The notes below the pieces were generated by a model. The model did no database searches, was not told the DNA's origin, and saw nothing but the letters and a program-made list of their open reading frames with translations. The position numbers and the translations under genes were made by a program. Positions 50,798 through 60,007 of a stretch of DNA of 64,000 bases are shown here, in pieces; position 1 is the first letter of the stretch, and the number at the start of each line of letters is the position of its first letter. The DNA is from Desulfosudaceae bacterium (GTDB taxonomy: Bacteria > Desulfobacterota > Desulfobacteria > Desulfobacterales > Desulfosudaceae): NCBI GenBank assembly GCA_963674745.2, contig CAXXDV010000001.1, forward strand, positions 864,001 to 928,000, read 5' to 3'.

Positions 50798-52513
50798 CTA
50801 CTCATCGAGTTTAAAATCGACCCCACCCTCCTTGAGACCGGCTATACCGGCGCCGATACTGAAATTATCGGTTATACCCGCGGCATCCAGGTTAAGCTGC
50901 GCTTCATAGGAGCGGACCCCGGTATTGCAGACCAGGACGATTTTTTTATCTTTCGGCACTTCATCCATGCGGTCACACAGTTGATCATGGGGAATGCTTT
51001 TCCAGATACCGGAAAACTTGTTTTCAAACGGTTGCGCATCGGCCAGCGCCCGGCAATCCACGAAAAACACATCGCCGTTGTCCTTATTTTCCCATGCCTC
51101 ATGGAAAGCGGCAAAATCCAAGGGCCGGTAGCGGCCATCGAGATAATTGGCAGTGGCGTTGCCCAGGGCATTGATGATATCCATGGCTGCGGCAAACGGC
51201 GGAGAATAGGCAATTTCCAGGTTACTGATTTCTTCCACCGGGGGTTTGTACTTGAGTATCGTGGCCACGGCATTTATCCGGCCCACCATTTCGCATCCCT
51301 GGCCGCCGAACCCCTGAATACCGAGGACCTGTCGGGTCTTGCGGTCAACCACCAGCTCCAGGTAAATAATTTCTTTTTCAATATAAAAATGGGCCCGGTC
51401 AAACTGGGCCACCACGACACTGGCGGCATCAAATCCGGCCTGTTTTGCTTTATCCACCGTCAGACCCGCGCCGGCCAGAGAACTATCAAACACCTTGACC
51501 ACGAAACTGCCCACCCCTCCTTCAAAAACGGCGTTTCCACCGACGATGTTGGTGCCCACCACCCGGCCCTGGCGGTTGGCCATGGAACCCAGCGGGAAAT
51601 ACCCGGGCTGACCGGTAATCAGGTTGGGAACGGCAACACAATCACCGCCGGAATAGATATCCGGATCTGATGTTTCCATTTTTTCGTTCACCACGATCAA
51701 CCCCTGGGGGGTTATGTCCAGACCGGCTTCTTTGGCCAGGTCGGTATTGGGGATGACACCGGCCGATACAATGACCAGATCGGCCGCAAGCTCACGCTTG
51801 TCCGTCTTGACACCGGTAACTTTTCCCTCTCCCAGGAATTCAACCACCTTTTCATTTGTGAAAACGGTTACATCATGTTTGTTCAGCCGCTTTTCCACCA
51901 TGGTCGCCAGATGAGAACTGGCGAAACCGGGCATGACCTGGCCGCAAACCTCGACGATAGTTGTTTCGATTTCCCACATGTCGGACAGCGCTTCGGCCAT
52001 TTCCAGGCCGATAAACCCGGCACCGATAATGACCGCTTTTTCCGGGCTGTCATTGGTGACCATCTGCTTGATACCCATGGCATCCCGCAGATTGGCAACG
52101 GTAAAGACATTTTCCAGGTTTTCACCGGGCAGATTCAGCCGCCTCGGACGGGTACCGGTGGCGATGACCAGCTTGTCATAAGCCAGGGTATCGGTGCTGT
52201 TGTCTTTTTTCCGGATATGCACGACTTTGTTTTCCCGGTCGATCCGGGTGACTTCGGTGCCGGTCATGGCGATGACGCCTTTGTCTTTCAGAAAAAAACG
52301 CTCATCCCGAACCATGTGAAAGCTGGTTGAGCGCAATTCGGATTCATCGCTGACATCACCTGAAATGTAAAAAGGAATGCCGCAACCGCCGTAAGAGATA
52401 TATTCGTCCTTGTCAACCAGGTACACTTCCGCGTCCGGGTCGAGTCTTTTGGCCCGGCAGGCCGCCTTGGGGCCCAGTGCCACACCACCGATGATGACTA
52501 TTTTTCGAGACAT
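50798..52513 (-). CDS. CoA-disulfide reductase / rhodanese fusion
   Basis: SYGGCGIP, GAGFIGLE, AYSPPF, rhodanese CNTGVRS; GGAGG before ATG 52513. Confidence 0.9.
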   Translation of the reverse strand: MSRKIVIIGGVALGPKAACRAKRLDPDAEVYLVDKDEYISYGGCGIPFYISGDVSDESELRSTSFHMVRDERFFLKDKGVIAMTGTEVTRIDRENKVVHIRKKDNSTDTLAYDKLVIATGTRPRRLNLPGENLENVFTVANLRDAMGIKQMVTNDSPEKAVIIGAGFIGLEMAEALSDMWEIETTIVEVCGQVMPGFASSHLATMVEKRLNKHDVTVFTNEKVVEFLGEGKVTGVKTDKRELAADLVIVSAGVIPNTDLAKEAGLDITPQGLIVVNEKMETSDPDIYSGGDCVAVPNLITGQPGYFPLGSMANRQGRVVGTNIVGGNAVFEGGVGSFVVKVFDSSLAGAGLTVDKAKQAGFDAASVVVAQFDRAHFYIEKEIIYLELVVDRKTRQVLGIQGFGGQGCEMVGRINAVATILKYKPPVEEISNLEIAYSPPFAAAMDIINALGNATANYLDGRYRPLDFAAFHEAWENKDNGDVFFVDCRALADAQPFENKFSGIWKSIPHDQLCDRMDEVPKDKKIVLVCNTGVRSYEAQLNLDAAGITDNFSIGAGIAGLKEGGVDFKLDE

Positions 52514-52655
52514 AATTTTGACCTCCACAATCTTTTTATGTTGATGATCATATATTTAGTTATGAGCATTATCTCAAAAAAAACGACCATACCGCATTCC
52601 CTATCCAGATTCAAGCCCCGGACGGAGGTTTTTATCAACCGCTTGAAACAGAAAG

Positions 52656-53843
52656 CTATTTAACCTGACAGACCAGTCCCTTCAGGTAGGAACCCTCCGG
52701 AAATCCGAGAGCCACAGGATGATCCGCTGCCTGCCCCAAACGGGCGATGATAACGGCTGACCGCCCGGCGTCAAGGGCGGCATCGGCAATGATCTTCTGA
52801 AACAGAGACGGGTCCAATAAGCCGGAACAGGAAAACGTCATCAGAACGCCTCCCGGCCGCAGCAGCCGGAAAGCCAGAAGCGCAATGTCCTTGTATCCGC
52901 GGGCGGCCCTGTTCAAATGCGCCCGGGATTCGACAAACTTGGGCGGATCCAGGACGATCAGGTCAAACTCCCGTTTTCTTTCACTGTACGTCCGCAACTG
53001 TTCAAACACATCCGCCTGAACATTTTCGACGCGGCCCCTGTCAAAACCGTTGATGTCCAGATGCCGATCCAGTATTTCCAAGGCCGGTCCTGATGCTTCC
53101 ACGTTGGTCACATGCCCGGCACCGCCGTGCAGGGCGTAAATCCCGAATCCGCCGGTATAGGCAAAACAGTTCAGCACTTCGGCCCCTTTGGCGTAACGCA
53201 TCAGGTGACGGCGATTCTCCCGTTGATCCAGATAAAAACCGGTTTTATGTCCGTTGACGATATCCGCAAGAAAACGCAATCCGTTCTCTTCAAAAGGCAC
53301 ATGTCCGGGCGGCGGGGCTCCGGAAACGACCCTCTTAACCGGGGCCAGCCCTTCCTTGGCACGAACCGAAGCGTCGGAGCGCTCATATATACCTTGGCAG
53401 GGCACCAGTCGGGCAAGCTCGGCCGCAATCGTCTCTTTCCAGAATTCCGCACCGCACGACAGACACTGCATGACCAGAAAATCCCCGTACCGGTCTACGA
53501 TCAAACCGGGCAGACCGTCGGATTCGGCATAGACCAGCCGCATGGCGGTGGTTGATTGGAATTGCCGCAAAAACGTTCTTCGGGAAATAGCGGCCTTGAG
53601 CCGTGTTCGAAAGAACGCCTCATCAACCGGCCGGTTCGAATCAAACGACCAGACGCGGACCGTAATCTGGGATTCGGGCGAAACAGCGCCCCTGGCCAGA
53701 AACTTGCCTTTGTGGGATAAAACATCAACGGTTTCACCGGGCGCAACCCCTTGGGGACGACGCGCCAGGGCACCGGAAAAAACCCAGGGATGGCATCTTT
53801 TCAGCGATGATTCCCGGCCTTTTTTAAGATAGATGTCAGTCAT
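52656..53843 (-). CDS. rlmI: 23S rRNA m5C1962 methyltransferase family
   Basis: HPWVFSG, ESDGLPG, GHKTGFYLDQRENR, LDPP, TFSCS, YLK. Confidence 0.92.
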   Translation of the reverse strand: MTDIYLKKGRESSLKRCHPWVFSGALARRPQGVAPGETVDVLSHKGKFLARGAVSPESQITVRVWSFDSNRPVDEAFFRTRLKAAISRRTFLRQFQSTTAMRLVYAESDGLPGLIVDRYGDFLVMQCLSCGAEFWKETIAAELARLVPCQGIYERSDASVRAKEGLAPVKRVVSGAPPPGHVPFEENGLRFLADIVNGHKTGFYLDQRENRRHLMRYAKGAEVLNCFAYTGGFGIYALHGGAGHVTNVEASGPALEILDRHLDINGFDRGRVENVQADVFEQLRTYSERKREFDLIVLDPPKFVESRAHLNRAARGYKDIALLAFRLLRPGGVLMTFSCSGLLDPSLFQKIIADAALDAGRSAVIIARLGQAADHPVALGFPEGSYLKGLVCQVK

Positions 53844-53993
53844 TTTTCAAATAATTCCAAAGTCATGTTGAAAAGTATCGAAAAAGCGGCAAAAGAACAA
53901 TCATTTATTATAACCATGTGATATAGTTGCTGAGTCTGAAACGACCGGACCATTTGGAATTAACAGGAGCGGTCACATGAAGGGAAATTTGAT

Positions 53994-55133
53994 ATGACGC
54001 AACCAATTTATCTTGATTATAACGGCACCACCCCGAACGCGCCCGAAGTTGTCGAGGCCATGCGTCTTTACCTGGAAACGGAATTCGGCAACCCCTCCAG
54101 TTCCCACTGGTACGGCATCCGGCCGAAGCAGGCGGTCGAAGCGGCCAGGCGGCAGGTGGCCGGCTTGATCGGCTGCACGGCCGACGAAATTTTTTTTACC
54201 AGCGGCGGGACTGAATCCAACAACCAGGCCATCAAAAGCATTGCCGCCGCCCGGCAAGACCGCGGACGCCATATTATCACCTCGCAGATCGAACATCCGG
54301 CCATCCTGGAAGTCTGCCGGTTTATGGAGGGATGGGGTTTCTCCGTAACCTGCCTGCCCGTGGATGAATTCGGGCGGGTTGATCCGGATGATGTGGCTGC
54401 CGCCGTCAGGCCGGAGACCATTCTGATTTCCATCATGCACGCCAATAATGAAGTCGGCACCATTCAACCGATTAAAGAAATATCCGCCATTGCGTCACAG
54501 GCCGGCATCCTGATGCATACCGACGCGGCCCAGTCCCCGGGCAAGGTTCCCGTTAACGTGGATGATCTGGGTGTGGACCTGCTCTCCATCGCCGGCCATA
54601 AGCTTTACGCGCCCAAAGGCGTCGGCGCGCTCTATATCCGCAAAGGCGTCGAAACCCGGCCCTTTTGCCACGGCGCAGGCCAGGAAAAAGGTGCCCGGGC
54701 GGGCACTGAAAACGTGCCCGGAATTGTCGGACTGGGAAAAGCCTGTGAACTCATTGCCGCCGGCCTGGAGAAAAAGGCGGCCCACATGAAAACAATGCGC
54801 GATCGATTTGAAAATGCCCTGCGATCCGGGTTGACGGGCATCCGATTTAACGGCCATGCCGAATTGCGGCTGCCCAACACGTGCAGTGTTTCGTTTTCCG
54901 GCCTAGAAGCCGACCGGATCCTGGAAGAAATCGGACTTGAAGTCGCCGCCTCGGCCGGGGCCGCCTGTCACTCCGACCATGTGGAAATTTCACCTGTCCT
55001 GGCTGCCATGAACATCCCGGAAGACCGGGCCAAGGGCACGCTGCGGTTTTCCACCGGAAAAATGACAACAACCGAAGATATCGACCGGGCCGCCGAAGTG
55101 ATCATTACGGCCGTCAAAAAATTGCGCTTGTAA
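53994..55133 (+). CDS. Cysteine desulfurase (NifS/IscS family)
   Basis: YLDYNGTT, FTSGGTES, AGHK, SAGAACHS. Confidence 0.93.
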   Translation: MTQPIYLDYNGTTPNAPEVVEAMRLYLETEFGNPSSSHWYGIRPKQAVEAARRQVAGLIGCTADEIFFTSGGTESNNQAIKSIAAARQDRGRHIITSQIEHPAILEVCRFMEGWGFSVTCLPVDEFGRVDPDDVAAAVRPETILISIMHANNEVGTIQPIKEISAIASQAGILMHTDAAQSPGKVPVNVDDLGVDLLSIAGHKLYAPKGVGALYIRKGVETRPFCHGAGQEKGARAGTENVPGIVGLGKACELIAAGLEKKAAHMKTMRDRFENALRSGLTGIRFNGHAELRLPNTCSVSFSGLEADRILEEIGLEVAASAGAACHSDHVEISPVLAAMNIPEDRAKGTLRFSTGKMTTTEDIDRAAEVIITAVKKLRL

Positions 55134-55168
55134 CCTGTTGCAATCGTATACAACGATAGTAAACGGCC

Positions 55169-57031
55169 ATGACCGACCATCTTTCAAAAATCCGTCCCGT
55201 GTTGAAAACGCTTCCGCCCTTTTTCTTTCTAACGGTTATTGCCATCATTAGTTACGGCAACTCGTTTAACGCGCCGTTCGTCTTTGACGATCTGCCCCAG
55301 ATCATTGAAAACCCCCATATCCGAATAACCGGATATTCATCGGATATTCCAGCACGATTGATGAATTGCCGCAATCCCAACCGGTTTCTGGCCTATGCCA
55401 CCTTTGCCCTGAACTATTATGTTCATCAATACGAGGTGGCCGGGTATCATTTAGTCAACGTGATTATTCATATTATAACGGCTTTTCTCGTCTTTTTAAT
55501 CGCCCGGATGACTTCCCGGCTGTGCGATGAAAAGCCCTCTGTCCTGCTGCCTTTTCTGGCCGCCGCCCTGTGGCTGGTGAGCCCGGTTCATACCCAGTCG
55601 GCAACCTATATCGTTCAGCGCATGAACGCCATGGCAGCCATGTTTACCCTCCTGGCCCTCTGCTGCTTTGTCCGGGCAAGATTAATGCAGAGAAGCGACA
55701 AATCAGGTCTCAAGCCGATCCTGCTTTATGCCGGGGTCGGTTTTTCCGGTCTGTGCGGCCTGGCCGCCAAGGAAACCGGCGCCATCCTGCCAATTGTCCT
55801 CCTGCTTTACGAATGGTATTTCTTCCAGGACCTGAACCGCGCCTGGATAAAAAAGCAGTTGGCATGGATAAATGTCGTGCTGCTATTGCTGATCATCATC
55901 GGCTTCGTGTATATGGGCTGGCACCCCCTGGAACGACTGACGCACATGTATGAAGAACATGATTTCACCATGGGTCAACGCCTGCTGACCGAGCCGCGGG
56001 TGGTCCTGTACTACCTGACCCTGCTTGTTTTCCCGCATCCAAGCCGCCTTACGCTGGACTATAATTTCCCCCTGTCCCTGTCATCGTTTAATCCGGCCAC
56101 GACCCTGCCGGCCATCCTCGGTCTTGTGGCCCTGATTGTCATTGCCGTATATACGGCTCGCAGGCACCGGCTGTTTTCATTTGCCATTATCTGGTTTCTG
56201 GTTACCCTGGTCATTGAATCATCGTTTATCGGGCTGGCCATTATCTTTGAACACCGAACATACCTGCCGTCAGTTTTTGTGGCCATCGGACTGGTCTGGT
56301 TAATGTTTTCCCACCTTCGGCCAAAGATATTCGCCACCTTACTTTTATGTCTTGCCATCGGCATCAGCAGTTTATGGACACATCAAAGAAACAATACCTG
56401 GAACAATCCCATCTCTCTTTGGCAGGACACAATTCAAAAGTCCTTGGGCAAAGCCCTTCACTATAATAATATTGGCGCTATATTTGCTGAACAGGGCATC
56501 AGCGATAAGGCCGTTAACTACTACAAAAAGGCCTTACAGTTAGATCCAAAGTATACACTTGCTTATAACAATCTGGGCGTTGAGCTGTCAAAAACGGGCC
56601 GTCGCCACGAGGCGATTGACGCTTATCGAACAGTGCTGACAATAGACCCCGAGTATGATTCAGCTCACTATAACCTTGGAAACAATTTATTACAGGCCGG
56701 ATTTATCGACGCTGCAATCAGTCATTATGAAGCGGCGGTCAGGCTCAAGCCGGATAATATAAACATGTTGAACAACCTGGGCTCGGCTTATACGATCGCA
56801 AATCGGTTGGAAGACGCCATTAATTGTTATCTCAGAGCACTACGAATCGATCCGGACTCTGACCTGGCGATCAGAAATTTAGCCACTGTACTGGCCAACT
56901 TTAAAGACATCGAAAAAGCTGTTGACCGTTTTTTGCGCCCCGAGTTATCACGCCGGCAGCTGGCCAGGGTCTACAACCGTATCTCGATAATTTGTCTGGA
57001 GAAAAAAGATTTGGCGACAGCAGAAGAATAG
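55169..57031 (+). CDS. TMTC-like membrane glycosyltransferase with TPR repeats (probable premature stop)
   Basis: FVFDD, KETG, FEHRTYLPS, TPRs; paralog of 58040-59983. Confidence 0.82.
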   Translation: MTDHLSKIRPVLKTLPPFFFLTVIAIISYGNSFNAPFVFDDLPQIIENPHIRITGYSSDIPARLMNCRNPNRFLAYATFALNYYVHQYEVAGYHLVNVIIHIITAFLVFLIARMTSRLCDEKPSVLLPFLAAALWLVSPVHTQSATYIVQRMNAMAAMFTLLALCCFVRARLMQRSDKSGLKPILLYAGVGFSGLCGLAAKETGAILPIVLLLYEWYFFQDLNRAWIKKQLAWINVVLLLLIIIGFVYMGWHPLERLTHMYEEHDFTMGQRLLTEPRVVLYYLTLLVFPHPSRLTLDYNFPLSLSSFNPATTLPAILGLVALIVIAVYTARRHRLFSFAIIWFLVTLVIESSFIGLAIIFEHRTYLPSVFVAIGLVWLMFSHLRPKIFATLLLCLAIGISSLWTHQRNNTWNNPISLWQDTIQKSLGKALHYNNIGAIFAEQGISDKAVNYYKKALQLDPKYTLAYNNLGVELSKTGRRHEAIDAYRTVLTIDPEYDSAHYNLGNNLLQAGFIDAAISHYEAAVRLKPDNINMLNNLGSAYTIANRLEDAINCYLRALRIDPDSDLAIRNLATVLANFKDIEKAVDRFLRPELSRRQLARVYNRISIICLEKKDLATAEE

Positions 57032-57227
57032 TGTCGCCAAGCACTACAATTGGAACAAAAGAGCAAAAAACATTTTAAGAAGCCCATTTTCAAAAAAGCC
57101 ATACTATCGTCCATTCAATCCTCTCTGGGTCGTCAAGTTTTATCAATTGAGGCGGCTGACACTTTACGCTGAAACCGCTTTATATTCACAGTTTGATGAA
57201 GCGTTTAAAATCGTGTACACTCTTTTT

Positions 57228-58022
57228 ATGTGCTTGATTTTTATTGCCATCAACCAGCATCCGGACCATCCGTTGATTATTGCCGGCAACCGGGATGAGT
57301 TCTACCGTCGCCCCACGGAAAAGCTTTCTTTCTGGCAGGATCAACCCGACATCCTGGCCGGCCGTGACATCGCGGCCGGCGGCACCTGGCTGGGGGTTAC
57401 CCGAACCGGCCGCATAGCGGCCATCACCAACTACAGAGATCCGGCACGGATAAACGACAATGCGCCGTCAAGAGGGCTACTGGTTCTTGACTTTCTGGCC
57501 GCGGACACCACGCCCGAACAGTTTGTCCTGGAAAACGAAGATCGCATGACCCGGTGCAACGGGTTTAACCTTGTTTTCGGGGACCTGTCCGCTCTTTATT
57601 ATTATTCCAATCGTGGCAACGCGCTGATTTACCGGATACCGCCGGGTCTCCACGCCGTCAGCAACCACCTTTTAAACACCGCCTGGCCGAAGGTCGAAAA
57701 AGGCAAAGCAGCCCTGGCCGGCCTGCTGGCCGAACCAGGAGACGTCAATAACGAGGCCCTGTTTTCCGTTCTCCAGGACACGGAAAGGGCCCCTGACAAA
57801 TTGCTACCGGACACCGGTGTCGGCCTGGACTGGGAGCGCAGCCTCTCCCCCATGTTTATTATTACCGACGTGTATGGGACCCGCAGCACTTCTTTGATAA
57901 CCGTGGACAACCAGAACAGCGTGACCTTCATGGAACGAACATATACACCGGATGCCTGCGGCCGCCTGGCCGTTTCCACGGAAACCGTTACCTTTCAGCC
58001 AGGGCTGTTTGTGGTGACTTGA
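57228..58022 (+). CDS. NRDE/TANGO2 family protein
   Basis: MCLIF start at 57228, NRDEF, GGTWLG, YGTRS. Confidence 0.93.
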   Translation: MCLIFIAINQHPDHPLIIAGNRDEFYRRPTEKLSFWQDQPDILAGRDIAAGGTWLGVTRTGRIAAITNYRDPARINDNAPSRGLLVLDFLAADTTPEQFVLENEDRMTRCNGFNLVFGDLSALYYYSNRGNALIYRIPPGLHAVSNHLLNTAWPKVEKGKAALAGLLAEPGDVNNEALFSVLQDTERAPDKLLPDTGVGLDWERSLSPMFIITDVYGTRSTSLITVDNQNSVTFMERTYTPDACGRLAVSTETVTFQPGLFVVT

Positions 58023-58039
58023 CGGTATTGCAATAATCA

Positions 58040-59983
58040 ATGACAAAAGCATTTTCAGACACGCCCCCGGGGGTCAAAAATTTTCTGGCGTCAGTCCTGC
58101 TTATAATTATCGTTCTTATCGTCTATGCCAACACCTTCGACGCTCCTTTTGTATTCGACGACCTGCTGAACATAAAAGAAAACGTGGGCATCCGCCTGAC
58201 CCGATTTACACCGGAGTCCCTGGCCAGGGTGCTGGGTTCTGACCGGCCGCTGGCCGGATTGAGTTTTGCCCTCAACTACTATTTCCATGCCGATGATGTC
58301 CGGGGGTATCATCTCCTCAACCTGGTTATCCATATTATCACCGGCCTGCTGATCATGCTTGTGGCCGAACAGACCTTGCGGCGTTGCGAAATGGGAAGCA
58401 CCGCAATCCCTGTTTTCGCTGCCGGATTGTGGCTGGTACACCCCGTGCACACCCAGTCCGTCACATACATTGTTCAGCGAATGAATGCCATGGCAACCAT
58501 GTTTTATATGCTGGCCCTGTTCTGCTACATCCGGGCCCGGGTAAAAACGGCAGACGGCATCAACCCTTTTGAACGGGCCTTGCTTTATGCTTTATGCCTG
58601 GTATCCGCCATTCTCGGGCTGGCCGCCAAGGAAACCGTGGCCACCCTGCCGATCATACTACTGCTGTATGAATGGTTCTTTTTTCAACACATGAACTCGA
58701 CCTGGCTAAAAAAACAACTTCCCTGGATCGGACTGGTGATCCTGACGACAATGGTCCTGATTGTCTTTTTCATGGGTGACAACCCCTTGAACACGATCTA
58801 CGGTATGTATGACAAACTTGATTTTACCCTTAAACAACGTTTATTGACCCAGGCCAGCGTCGTTGTTTATTACGTTTCACTGCTGGTTTTTCCCTTTCCG
58901 TCCCGGCTTACGCTGGTTTATGATTTTCCGTTGTCCCGCACTATGACAGAACCAATGCCTACCGCCCTGGCGATAACGGCCCTGGTTATGCTTTGCGCCG
59001 CTGTCCTTTGCTCAACCCGGAAGCATCCCCTGCCGGCGTTCTGCATCGTCTGGTTTCTGGTCACCCTGAGTGTTGAATCCACGGTCATCGGCCTTGATCT
59101 GATCTTTGAACACCGGACCTATCTGCCTTCCATTTTTCCGTTGATCGGATTCGTCTGGCTGGCGTTTACCCGGATCCCGGCCAAAGCAGCCGCGGTCGCC
59201 ATCATCAGTACCGCCATCATTGCCTGTGGCATCTGGACACATCAGCGAAACAGCACCTGGCAAAGCCCCGTCCGTCTCTGGCAGGACACCGTTAACAAAT
59301 CACCCGGCAAGGCCCTGCCCTATAACAACCTGGCCGTCTGTTTAGCGGAATCCGGCCGTCTTGATGAGGCCGTTTCAAATTATCAGACAGCCCTTGACAT
59401 AAAGCCTGACTATGCCTCTGCGCATTACAACCTGGGAGTGGACTTATACCAGACCGGCCGTCACCCTTCGGCCATCGACCATTTAGAAACCGCCGTGCGG
59501 CTGGAACCGGAAAACGTCCAGGCCTTGAACGCCCTGGGTCTGGCTTATGCCGCAGCCGGGCGCGGGGAAGATGCCGTAAACAGCTACTTCCAAGCGCTTC
59601 ATGTAAGACCGGATTTTATGCCGGCACTGACCAATCTGGGCATCGCACTGGCGGCATCCCTGCGTGCTGGTGAAAGCATCAACACTTTTTCTATATCGGG
59701 GCTCTCCCCCTGGCAGCTGGCCCGGATTTACAACAGCGCGGCCAGCGATTTCATTAAAGCAGGAGACCTGGATTCGGCCGGACTATATTACTATAACGCG
59801 GTTCAACTGGATCCCGCTTATATTGACGGTTTATATAACCTCGGCCTGGTGCTGGCCCGGGAAAAAGCGTTTCAACAAGCAGCAGCCGTGTATGCCCGCA
59901 TACTGGCCATCAGCCCGCACGAAGAAACCGCCCGGAAAAGGCATGCGTATTGCCTGAGCATGATGGCCGGCGGCACGAATTGA
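58040..59983 (+). CDS. TMTC-like membrane glycosyltransferase with TPR repeats
   Basis: FVFDD, YIVQRM, FEHRTYLPS, TPRs. Confidence 0.85.
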   Translation: MTKAFSDTPPGVKNFLASVLLIIIVLIVYANTFDAPFVFDDLLNIKENVGIRLTRFTPESLARVLGSDRPLAGLSFALNYYFHADDVRGYHLLNLVIHIITGLLIMLVAEQTLRRCEMGSTAIPVFAAGLWLVHPVHTQSVTYIVQRMNAMATMFYMLALFCYIRARVKTADGINPFERALLYALCLVSAILGLAAKETVATLPIILLLYEWFFFQHMNSTWLKKQLPWIGLVILTTMVLIVFFMGDNPLNTIYGMYDKLDFTLKQRLLTQASVVVYYVSLLVFPFPSRLTLVYDFPLSRTMTEPMPTALAITALVMLCAAVLCSTRKHPLPAFCIVWFLVTLSVESTVIGLDLIFEHRTYLPSIFPLIGFVWLAFTRIPAKAAAVAIISTAIIACGIWTHQRNSTWQSPVRLWQDTVNKSPGKALPYNNLAVCLAESGRLDEAVSNYQTALDIKPDYASAHYNLGVDLYQTGRHPSAIDHLETAVRLEPENVQALNALGLAYAAAGRGEDAVNSYFQALHVRPDFMPALTNLGIALAASLRAGESINTFSISGLSPWQLARIYNSAASDFIKAGDLDSAGLYYYNAVQLDPAYIDGLYNLGLVLAREKAFQQAAAVYARILAISPHEETARKRHAYCLSMMAGGTN

Positions 59984-60007
59984 TGACGTCTTTCCGCCCC
60001 GGTAAAT

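Noticed and set aside
50309..51670. 453-aa plus-strand ORF (likewise 5571-6617, 10096-10830, 28761-29540, 44040-44849)
   Set aside because: Antisense to well-supported genes; no motifs
57029..57031. Pyrrolysine read-through at TAG
   Set aside because: Aligns to a Tyr in the paralog; no pyl evidence in the window; downstream similarity decays quickly
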